A stretch of 48,145 nt of DNA from Macrostomum lignano (taxonomy: Eukaryota): the NCBI GenBank assembly GCA_002269645.1, contig NIVC01004373.1:1-48145 (forward strand), in the 5' to 3' direction. This document shows positions 26,101-36,688 of this stretch, in pieces. The translations under genes and the position numbers were made by a program. A model generated the notes under the pieces. That model searched no databases. It saw nothing but the letters and a program-made list of their open reading frames with translations, and was not told where the DNA came from. Numbering within the stretch: position 1 is the first letter of the stretch; every line of letters begins with the position of its first letter.

Positions 26101-26755
26101 GCAGGCTGTGGTTGCCTACAATAGCTTCTATTTATGACATTGACCATGTTAATTACTGTTGTCTGTTTGCGTATTATGTTGGTTTAAAGAAAATTATGTT
26201 GAGATTATAGAGTGCCGAGTCCTAAACTAAATATAGTAAGAAGCAAAAAAGGCAAAATTAAAAATAATATTTTCTACAAAAGCAGAAGCCATTATAGTCA
26301 TTATTACACAATGCACTCTAGATAAATAGCAGAAATTTGGTAGCAAATGATTGTAGGAAGATAGTAGCAAAATGTGTATGGCCAAAGGGAAAAGAATACA
26401 TTAAGAGAATAACATTAATACTTTTTAGTATGCAATTCTACTGCCATATGATTTTTTGTTTAGCAGTCAGTTTAGCAGTCAAATCTTATAGTTATGTAAA
26501 GAAACAAGAATGTATGCCTTTATGAAATCTAACTGTTTGATACTTTGATTAAAATATAATGACTGCTAAAAATGAAGACAGACACCCTGATTTCAATCAG
26601 TAATGAAAAAATTCCTTTAAGTGTGTCTACTATAAAGGTATATTTTGCTTTAGTTTTTTATGATGTTTCTTTGTAAATTTGGTAAAAATTTTGAATAGCT
26701 TCCATCTTTTGTTCAGCATGCTAAATACCTTTTTCAAAACTAGAATCAGTTTGAA

Positions 26756-27540
26756 TTGGAGAAAATAATATATTGTTGTCCAATCCAATATTGTTCAATT
26801 TCTAGTAAAACTAAAGCTGCAATCATTAAACATATTGTTCAATTCCATAACAATCTTAGAGAAGGTCCTGAAGAAGACAGTGTATTTGAACTGAAACCCA
26901 AGGAATCTATGACTATAGGTTTAGAATCATTTCAGACTAATCCATTGGCTTCAATTTCTAGTAATGATACTATATCCTCAACAGATTCTAGGCAGTCTAA
27001 TGTTATCAATGATTTTAATGTTTAAAATAAAATCCCATCCTATTCAAATGATCTATCACAAAGTACCTATAACAGATGTAAGCCTATCTAATTTGAGTTT
27101 TATTAAGAAGACAGAAAGTGCATGGTAATTAAGAGAAGATTTGAAAGAAAGTATTGCACAAGATATTGTTCATTTTTTATAATATTTTATATTTTATAAT
27201 ATTTTATAATAATATATTAGCTTAAAAAATTGAATCTATTGAAAAGTTTTTATATCTAGATACATTTTTGATACTTGTTTTGATATATTAGTTAGTGAAG
27301 CTCGACTTATGGGATATATCAAGCCAAGTTTCCATTTGTAGATCATTAGCCCATTAAAATCCCAACATAGGATATAAAGAATGATATTATATATGTTCCA
27401 ATTGGAAATAGTATTGAAGCAGCATTAAAAAATATTGATTTTATAAAATTGGTTTTAGAAAGTGAATTGTCAAGTAAGTCTCCTTTTTGTATTAGTCAAT
27501 ACTTTAAAGAATATATTGCCCTTTTAATTAAAGACTTGAA
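26756..27540 (+). pseudogene. Possible decayed transposon ORF with a C2H2-like finger
   Basis: CPIQYC-X12-HIVQFH, followed by broken frames (IIYVPIGNSIEAALKN). Weak evidence. Confidence 0.3.
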
Positions 27541-30059
27541 TTGAATTGAATTGAATTGACTTAATTGAAGACAATTGATTGCTAGAAATGGATTCATGCT
27601 TTATCAATTTAAGCAAAGGTGCTTAATCCAAACGATTTTTTGGATTGCAGCTGTCTTGCCAGCATTATTCAGGAGTCAAATCATTGGACGGGAGTCCGCA
27701 TGTCAATGAGCATTGTGAAAACTGAGTTGACAATTGAGTCCATTTTTGATACATCATGGCCTTTCTAGCCTTGAATTTGAAACATGATTGGCAAATGGAA
27801 AATGTCAATGAGACTGTTCAAAATTTTTCTGAAGCTCCAAAATCCAAAGCGGGCTACTAATCAATTGATTAAGTCTGGTTAGCATTCTGCCAATATAGAA
27901 CATAAACTCAAATTATCTATGCATCTCCCTGCATGCAAGCATTTGCAGTGAATTAACATTTTATTAGCATTTTTAGGTATTGCTTAAATATCCTATTCAT
28001 TGAATTGAAAGTGAATTGACAATTCAAAATGACCTCTGTCAAGGAAAATTAGGTAAATTTATGGGGGGGGGAATCACTGAAAATCAGGGAAAGTGGTAAA
28101 TGTTTAGGGAATTTATTAGAGATTCAAAAATCACCTATTATCACCTTCCTAGAATTGCCTACCTAGAATTGCCTACCTAGAATTGCTAAAAACCAGGGAA
28201 TTTTCAAATAATCAAAGAATACTATAATATCTAGAATGTGGTCACCCAGATTGTCACAGGTTGGGTTAATTTTATTTTTCATGTGCTACAAGTACTAAAA
28301 TGTGTAGCTAAATTAAGGCCATAAATGTGGCCAAAAGTATAGTGGCTAATATTGGGACACTTTCAGCCACTCCTTGGCCACTTTTGTTTGGCCACCTTTT
28401 GGCCACTTTTTGTTTACAATGTGAGTCATTGACAGCTGTGGCACATCTGGCAATGTGGATATACATCAACAGCATGCCATCAAGTTCTAGATTAGGCGCT
28501 TCAAGGATTCTATTACAACAGCTATCGAGGGACTTGTGGCACAGGTTGCTCTCTAGAAAAGCGCATCAATCAACAATAGGTACGAGCAGCCGCAGGCAGT
28601 CCTCAACAGACTTGGAAAATGATCAATTTGTGGCCTCTGTACATTTGTTTTATTACTTTACCAAGCTTCAGAAAAGAACTGGTAAGAGAAAAAAAGTGAA
28701 TTTTTCAATTATTTTTAATGTTCATAATTGCTGTGACCTTACTTTTGAACTTTATAAACAGATGATAATAAAAGTTTTAAAAAGATGATTTATAAAAAAT
28801 ATAAATTCTATACATACCTAATTCTTCTTGATCTCCATATACTCAACATCCTTTCACATCATAGGCTCCAAGTCTCCAAGGCTGTCAATGCACATCAGTG
28901 CATGACACATGCCTATGTATGCTTAGCAATATGCCTCTCTGATGCAATGCAGCAAGTGGTTAATTGGTCAGGTCACATGGCTGAGCAGTGCAAAAGTGAG
29001 CTGCCAGCCATAGAAGTTATGGATTCAGCGCTAGCTATGCTATGGATATATTTCAAGGTGAGGTAGCAAATCATTCATTCTATGTGGTTTTATAATATGT
29101 GAAAAACAATTCTAAAACATGGTCAATATATGTTTGGAAATAAGGGTATTTTCATTTTATATTCAAATAGGAGATATAGAATGCAGAGTGGACAAAAACC
29201 AAACAAAATTTTATCCTTGGTAAAAAACAGTTAATAGGACTGCTAATGAAAATTTCTTTTCTACCACTGAAAGTAGCAAAAAAACAAAAATTAATTTTCT
29301 GTATAAGTGCTACAAAAAATTATACAACTTCTACCATAGACAGTTGTGCTCATCTACCTGGATGAGAAATCAAGGCCATCAGAACAGGCCATCGAGAAAG
29401 AAATAGCACGCATCCTAAAGCATGCTGCTCAAAGGTGTGCAGCTTGCCAGGAGCAGCTGTCATTTCCAGTCCCTGCTGCTGCTGCTTCTGCTGCTGCTGC
29501 TAAGTTGTTGTGTTTCCCTGTTTTGTACTAAAGCCTTTATTATAAAACACTCATATATGAGTATTTACTTGAATACTTTTAACTCTTGTGCTTTTTGATG
29601 ACATTTTAATTTGGATTAATTTTTTAACTAATTAGTTCAAATTTCAGTTTGCTTGACATTCTTTCTTTAATTATTTTTTTGTTTTAAATGTTCCATTTCA
29701 TTTTCACAATTTTTTTATCTTGCTTGAAAACATTTACAGGAAATTTTTTGCAATTTGCATAATGCTAAGTACAAATATATATGTTGAACTTACAAAAAAA
29801 CAATAATGAAGCAGTAAAATTTGAGCAACAAATAAGCAAATTTAATTCTTTACATTTGAGTATTTAATTTCTTTAAATGTCTACTCATAATAGTATATAT
29901 AGTGCAAACATCTGTCTGTCCTAAAACTGTCCGAAATTTTTGTTTTGTCAGCATCTGCATGACCATATTTGGATGTACATAAGGGGTACTTGTGGACAAG
30001 GATAATTTGTTGTCTGTCAGATGCAACTTTTTACACTAGGAGGCTATTTGCCTCACATT

Positions 30060-30163
30060 AGTAGTATACGTTTTTTTGACACAAAGCCGATTTCCTTATG
30101 GCGAAATACATAGTAAGTACAGGCCCAAAAAAATGGCAGAGTCCGAAATTTCATGTGCACGCA
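30060..30163 (+). repeat. Left terminal inverted repeat
   Basis: The first 84 bp are identical to the reverse complement of the right end; 4 mismatches over 104 bp. Confidence 0.97.
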
Positions 30164-30619
30164 GTCTGAAATTCCATGTGCACGCAGTCTGAAATTCCAA
30201 GTGCACGCTAAATATCTTTTACGCAACGTGATTATTCAGACGAATTGCATATCCACCTGTCCAAAATACAAGTAACCGATTCTAGCAATGGTGACACAAA
30301 CACACTTCAAAGGATTCCATTCAAGACAAATTTACTCCAAAGCTATTCACACATTTCAAGTGTTTTTGAAATATTGAAAACTTGTGAATATTATCACCCT
30401 TTTGAAGAAAGATAGTAAATGATCTATTCTTGAGTGCCTATAGAATTTTTGCACCAACTTGAGCAGATGGTTTACAGATACTATGTCAACAACTGCGTCA
30501 ACATGCTTTTCTTTATACTATATATATATATACGAACACACTGACACAGAAAATATTAAATAACTTAAACCAAGTTTACATTATACTACTTGTTCAACTA
30601 TACTTACATCTTAAGTGAA

Positions 30620-31481
30620 ATGAAGCGATCACGTCAGCAGGAATTGGCCGAGCGCTATGTTAAACAAGGTAAGATAATCACCTACTCTAGTTCAGTTTTC
30701 TTTTTTAGATTGACTGTTCGCTATAGTTTAGTTTCTAGATTGATTGTTAGTTCGGTTTCTGTTTAGACCGATCCTCTGTTTGTTCAGTCTCTAGATTGAT
30801 TTTCTGCTAGTTCGGTTTCTGTTTAGACTAATACTCTGCTAGTTCAGAATTTCTAGATTGATTGTCTGCTAGTTCGGTTTCTGTTTAGACTGATTCTCTG
30901 CTAGTTCAGTTTCTATATACATTGTATACATGCACCTATACCAAATTTCCCTCATCTTATCCATTATTATAGCATTCAAGAATGGTTTCTTCACGCGGCC
31001 ACCTCCAGATCAGTGCAAACGCATTTGCCACGACACCACCACATCCAATTCTGCTGCAAGAGCATCATATTCTACATCTCTCGCCAGAGTAACCTCGATT
31101 CATGTCGAGAGACAGACAACTGAGCTAGATCGCATTTACACAAGAACTGATGTTATTCAGTCAATTAGGCAGCAATCGAACCCACGACCAACTGACCAAC
31201 TGCAGTATGCACCACCACCACCATCACCAACCAGCTACAATGACCCAACAAAGCAAACTTGCAGTAAGCCTACAAGTACCAAACCAACGACAGCAACTGA
31301 AACACCATCATCATCAATTGCTATTTCTACCCAAGTTCAACCGCTGCTAAACTCGCCAATTATTGTACAGAAGGACATCAAGTCTGTAAAAGTCTCTCAA
31401 ATGAGCACAGGCTTCTACCAAGTAGAATTAGCAAAGACCTGTAATACAACTCAAGTATTTGAATATTGGGACCTATCTTAA
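30620..31481 (+). CDS. Maverick ORF1, spliced (30620-30668 + 30973-31481), Ser/Thr/Pro-rich protein of unknown function
   Basis: Exon 1 MKRSRQQELAERYVKQ, donor AAG|GTAAGA, acceptor TTATAG|CA. The phase-1 join is in frame with the 30930 ORF. The intron contains a small tandem repeat. Confidence 0.65.
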
Positions 31482-31734
31482 AAAGACATTTTTTCTAACT
31501 CTTCATAAAATTTTGCCAGCAATGTGTCCAAGTAATTGCTCTTTTAGTATATATCAAACAAGTCTGTAATCAATAATATAATCTCTATAAATTCATTATT
31601 CTAAAAAATTCTTTCAATTTTATTCGCCATTCATTGAAATTATTTAATTCAATATAAAGTCAATATCTTGTACAGTCATCATTAAACAAAAATTATTAAT
31701 CCATGCAAATAATTTTTTTTCATACGTTTCTTTA

Positions 31735-32420
31735 GCCATGGTCTGGCTTTTGCCTCAACAGTATGATTTAGCTGTGGTCCAGCTTTTGCCTCAACAGTAT
31801 GATTTAGCTGTGGTCCAGCTTTTGCCTCAACAGTTTTTAGCCGTGGTCCGGCTTTTTTGCCTCAGCAGTATGATTTAGCTGTGGTCTAGCTTAAAACTGC
31901 ATCAACAGTGATTTAGCTATAGTCCAGGCTTAACTACCTCAACGATGATTTAGCTATAGTCAAGGCTTAACTGTCTCAACAGTAATTTTAGCTGTTGTCC
32001 AGACTTAACTGCCTCAACAGTGATTTTAGCTGTGGTCCAGGCAACTGTCTCAACAGGGATTTAGCTGTAGTCCGATTAGCTTAACTGTCCAGTTATTTAG
32101 CTGTGAGCCAAGCAGCAGCACCCGTCTCAACAGTGAGAATTAGCTATGGTCAGCTTTACCTCAACTGTGATTTGGCTGCTGTGGTCTAGCATAACTGACT
32201 CAACAGTAATTTTAGCTGTAGTCGTCCAGCTTAACCACCCGTCCAGTTTTATAACCATGGTCCAGCTTAACCACCGTCTCAACGTACAGCGATTTAGTCG
32301 TGGTCCAGCTTAACCGTCTCAACGTACAGTGATTTAGCCATGGGTCTAGTAGCAATTAACCGTATCAATAGTGATTTAGCCGTGGTCCAGCTTAACTGTC
32401 TCAACACAGTAATTTAGCTT
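31735..32420. repeat. Degenerate ~33-40-bp tandem array inside the element
   Basis: Core CTCAACAGT..GATTTAGCTGTGGTCCAGCTTAAC. Confidence 0.85.
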
Positions 32421-33129
32421 AGTCCAAACAGCATTTGTGTGTCAACTGCACTGACTGCATGCGGTTATAGCAGCGGCAGTCATTATAGTCCCAACAAGCT
32501 GCGCGTCGCAGCATGATAGTGTAACTCTATATAGCTTCTGCTCAATATAGGACTGCAAAAGCTGAGTTACAACTATACCTTTTTCTGTTTGAAAAGTAAC
32601 ACTCTATATATAGGTTACTCAAGCAATCTCTTGTCACCGTGCGAGCTAAAAAATTCCAACATGCAAGCAAAACTTTCAATAAATTAATTTCATAGCACCG
32701 CGTGCAGCTTATTTTTACTCTAAAATCCAAGATTGCTAATTTTTCAAGTCGCAAAATATTTTAATTACATTCTACTTGAGAACAAAACCAATCTAATGAA
32801 GCAGCAACCAGCAGTCTTCTTATTAAACGCTTGCCATCGTGTTACTCTTGCAAATTTATAACTAGTGTGCCTAAGATTCATTAATTTTATTGTATAAAAT
32901 ATCAACCTACATTTGCGTAAAATTAGACCTAATCATGCAACCCACCCTAGAAACTTATGCCACCTTTGGCACGCAACAATGTCTTAATCAGCACGCAACA
33001 ATTAAATTTGTTTACTAGTTCACAAACAGCATGCAAAGCTTGCTATAAATACAAGACCCGAAATGGTCAATTTTTCATGAGCTCAATCATTACAGCAAAA
33101 GAAATACTATATTCAATTGCTTGTAAGAC

Positions 33130-34328
33130 ATGGCAGCTTGCATCAAGACGGAGTCAATTGTACGCTCCGACTCGAGTCCGATTTTTTACGTTGGAGAGCA
33201 GTCTACAACCACGACTGGTTCGTCCTGCCAGTTTCGATCTATTGCGTGGAAACCATCAATCGAGTGTACAAAATGGTACCCAATTATATTGCAAACCAAG
33301 GCTCCAATGGAGCTTTTTCGTGGAATCGCAGAAAGGCCAGAGCTCGATCATCCGTCTTGCAGACACGACTCTCGCGACGCAGTAAGTGTCCAATTTCATC
33401 CAGACAGCTGCGATAAGGAACTCTTCCACTCTCTCCGGTGAGCACCATATTAAATTTATACAATTAATTTTAGGAAACTATATTCATAATTTATATAATG
33501 TTTTGCAGTCAAGTCGAAAAAGGTCTATCGGTCAAGTTGAACGAGATTCAAGATGCTCGACCCTTGGCACGACTAACAAAACCAGCTCATCAGCATGCTA
33601 ACGACGTCCTCGAGTTTGTGCCTCAACAATGGCTGGCTATAAAGCCTGCTTACCCTTGTGCCACAATCAGGATCAGCAACGATCATCCACACGGGAAGGA
33701 GGTGTCCATTTCCGATTTCAAAGGTGTCAGCGGTACCTACCAAATGACAGTGCAAGCAACGAGCTTGTATTGTCCAAAAGGCTGCCTCGTCTGGCGCATT
33801 ACATTCGCTGTGCGCTCTCTGACACTCATAGAATCTTCCGACAACATGTTGCAGCGCCTCGACATGTTCAAGGGAGTGCTTGCACACCTACCCGCGACCA
33901 AGTCAGCAATTAGAAGCAGGAGTCCGTCCCCAACATCTACCTGTGAGCAAGAAGAAGCAAATGAACAAAGCCTGCAGAATTCAAGCCAGGTGACACCTGC
34001 CAAGTCACCTGCAAAGCGTCGGTCTACCACCACCGTATCGAAGAAGTCGACTACATCGAATGCAGCGCCAGCCTCTATTGAACCGCCGCCTAAAAAGCAA
34101 GTTCGAAAACGCAGCGGTGCAAAACAGCAAAACAATTCTGCCGAAGCTGGTGCAGATGGCACAGACTGGGTGGAGGCTCCACCAGCAAAGATCTTGGTGA
34201 GTACACCTGCCTCTGGAACCAGGGTAGCGTCCAAGGAGACAGCATTTTTAAAGCGTGCTGCTGCGGACGCTACTACAGCTAGCGTGTCTTCATCGGACGA
34301 CTCGTACAGCAGCTCTGATGATGAGTAA
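33130..34328 (+). CDS. Spliced ORF (33130-33437 + 33509-34328, 375 aa), putative OB-fold ssDNA-binding protein with acidic tail
   Basis: 71-nt AT-rich intron CG|GTGAGC...TTTTGCAG|T joins the two tracked ORFs in frame. Motifs PIILQTKAPM, ELFHSLRQVE and WRITFAVRSL resemble T7 gp2.5-like/NCLDV SSBs; tail SDDSYSSSDDE. The function is inferred. Confidence 0.6.
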
Positions 34329-34538
34329 CAAAATTTTTGACTAATTTTATCCAAGTTTTAACTAACTTATTCCACTATATTTATCAAATTTTTGGCTAGG
34401 GAAATATTATTTTTTAGGGAAAAGCTCAAAACATTTTTTGCTACTCCTTGTACGCTAACCAGGTTTTGTAATTTAATATTAGAATTTACGATAGTATAGT
34501 CATGTTTAACTTTTCTTATTATTTATTTTCCGTTTTAG

Positions 34539-35096
34539 CGACTTGTCCTATTAATAGTTACTGCGAGTCTGAAGCTGCACCCGTTTGAAAAATTTGATTT
34601 AAAGCAGACCAAACAGAAGCTACAGACCAGAAACCGGTTTTGCAAACTATTCCTAAGCCGACCAACAATGCTAAAGACAATTTATTCAAATGCTAAAATC
34701 CAACTTTATCCAGCAGGAAAACTAACTATATATGGCTGTAAATCAAATTCTCAGATAGTCTCAGTTTTACGATTTATCAACGACACTATTAATTGTGTAG
34801 ATTTTGATTCAGTAAAAATTCAGAGCAGTACCTATGTCGGCTTTATTGGTCATCTTTGGCCAAAATTCGGTTTCTCTAGTCTAAAAAGATATGCAGGCTA
34901 CTATTCGAATTATCTGGTTGGATACGATGCAGAAAATTTCCCACAAGCAGTTTCTGTTAGATCAGCATCAAAACCAAGGCTTTTTTGTAACATATTTTTT
35001 TCGAAAAAGTTTGTTATTATGGGCGTTCAAAACACTCATGAATTGAATAATATTCTTAACCATGTCAAGGATTTTTTAATCTCTGTTAATAACTAA
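34539..35096 (+). CDS. TATA-binding protein (TBP)-fold protein; coding exon opens at a splice acceptor upstream of the tracked ATG (34668)
   Basis: FDLK, NRFCK, QLYPAGKLTIYGCKS, VKIQS, YDAENFPQ and KPRLFCNIFFSKKFVIMG align by eye with both TBP core repeats (LDLK, KRFAA, LIFSSGKMVCTGAKS, FKIQN, YEPELFPG, KPRIVLLIFVSGKVVLTG). Confidence 0.82.
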   Translation, partial: RLVLLIVTASLKLHPFEKFDLKQTKQKLQTRNRFCKLFLSRPTMLKTIYSNAKIQLYPAGKLTIYGCKSNSQIVSVLRFINDTINCVDFDSVKIQSSTYVGFIGHLWPKFGFSSLKRYAGYYSNYLVGYDAENFPQAVSVRSASKPRLFCNIFFSKKFVIMGVQNTHELNNILNHVKDFLISVNN

Positions 35097-35319
35097 ACTT
35101 AACAAGTAAACAATTGCTGTCAAATCGCAGTTGCGATGCATTCTTTTACAAACATTTTGTCTTTTTTTATTTATTTACCAATTGTTTTCTCTAATAGTAA
35201 ACGTGTCAGCTATACCTATAACTAACCAAATCATCATTTTTCTTACAGCCGCAAATGACAAACCGGATCATCTATTAATATTATGCTCGATACGCTCGTT
35301 GTCGAGCTAGGTGCACACA

Positions 35320-36033
35320 ATGCCGCGTGCACAATGCCAAATCTGCAGAAAAAAGTTCAGTAATCAAGCCGAGCTGCATGCTCACTCGCATGGTGCTTGT
35401 TTTTCACCGCAACGATTACTGACCGGATCGCTGCAAAACCTGATCGAAAACCCACCAGATGGGTGGTCCATCGCTTTGCGCGAGTCAGCTCATCGTGGTC
35501 GGGTAAATTTTGTCGAATTTACTCCCACTCTTGAACAACAAGGCAACAGCTCTGGCGAGTTACTTCCTGGCGAGTTGATTGCGTCTTTAAGAGAACCAAT
35601 ATTTAAAATATTGGAAAAAATTGGCTCACCCAGTTTATTAATAAGAGTCTGCTTTCACTTGAAAGTGACACTATTTCGACCGAAAACAGCAGCAGACGAC
35701 AACGATGGCTCGAGCAGCGAAGAGATCATTTCGGTCTATTTTAATACCAACATTGCGACAATATCATTTGATGAGACGATTGCAAACAGTGACATGCTGT
35801 TATCTCCCGAGGCCTACAATGACTGGTTCGCACGCGTTATTAATCAGTTGTTAATAAAAATTGACAATTTTCAATCTCGAGGTAGTAATTGGCAATATAG
35901 AGCAATCGAGCAGCTAGACTTGATGCTCTGCGTTTATCGCAAAAGCCATGCAAGCACACTGTCAACAAATACGTCCCACGGTGGTGTGGGGGCGGGCGGC
36001 GGCAGTGGTGGTGGTGGCGGCGGTGGTGGTGGT

Positions 36034-36065
<32 letters not shown>

Positions 36066-36396
36066 GCGCGGGGAGTCCGGTCCAGTCCGGTCCGGTCCAG
36101 TCCGGTCCGGTCTGGTTAAGCAGCAATCGTTTAAAGTTCCAGTCTCAATCGGTCGCAAAGCTGGAGCAGTACTGCTTCTAAAGCCGCACAGAGCAGTTTA
36201 AAGCATCAAGACTATTTAAGAGTCTTACACAAGCGACAACTTGTGTTTTCGCGCATACAGTCCATTCGTTCTCGAAAACAGAAAGTTTTTTTTGATGCAA
36301 CAAAGAAAACTTGCACTAAGCTTCTTCGATACGAAGCGATCCTGGACAAGTTCAATTAATTCGCTACCCTTTGGACACTGGCACTTGGCTAATTAA
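35320..36396 (+). pseudogene. Truncated protein-primed DNA polymerase B: C2H2 finger plus N-terminal (terminal-protein-like) region, poly-Gly insertion, broken CF motif; no exonuclease or polymerase domain
   Basis: CQIC-X12-HAHSH; IDNFQSRGSNWQYRAIEQLDL and FKVPVSIGRKAGAVLL resemble the Polinton pPolB N-terminal F..EGSGW and LP....KKAVIN motifs. Stops at 36199 and 36217 precede SDNLCFRAY. Confidence 0.6.
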
Positions 36397-36688
36397 TTAA
36401 CAATATGCTCTGATCTCTTTTGTTGTACAAAGTAATAGCATGCTATAGAAGACTGTAACCCATCATTAATTTTTTCATTGATCATTATTTACAATAAATA
36501 AATGATACCGGCATTCGTTTAAATTATAATTTTAGCACTTTTTTGTGTTTAATTATTTGAAAAAGTATATTTTTTATAGTTAGATTCTCAAGACTAAGCT
36601 TGTGTTTGTAGTAGACGTAAATGTAGTGCTATCGTTCATGTTTCAAGAAAAAAAACTTTTTTTTAAACTTTCAGCTACAAGAATCGAC

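Noticed and set aside
32542-32754. 70-aa minus-strand ORF with CxxC inside the element
   Set aside because: TTG start, no recognisable motif or splice support, and opposite to all other element genes.
32957-33416. Overlapping ORFs 32957-33385 and 33117-33416
   Set aside because: Alternative frames over the 33130 exon, which alone splices in frame to the downstream ORF.
34325-34538. Splice from GA|GTAACA at the end of the SSB-like ORF to the TBP acceptor
   Set aside because: A phase-2 donor does not match the phase-0 acceptor and the product stops after a few codons; the 34197 donor fits instead.
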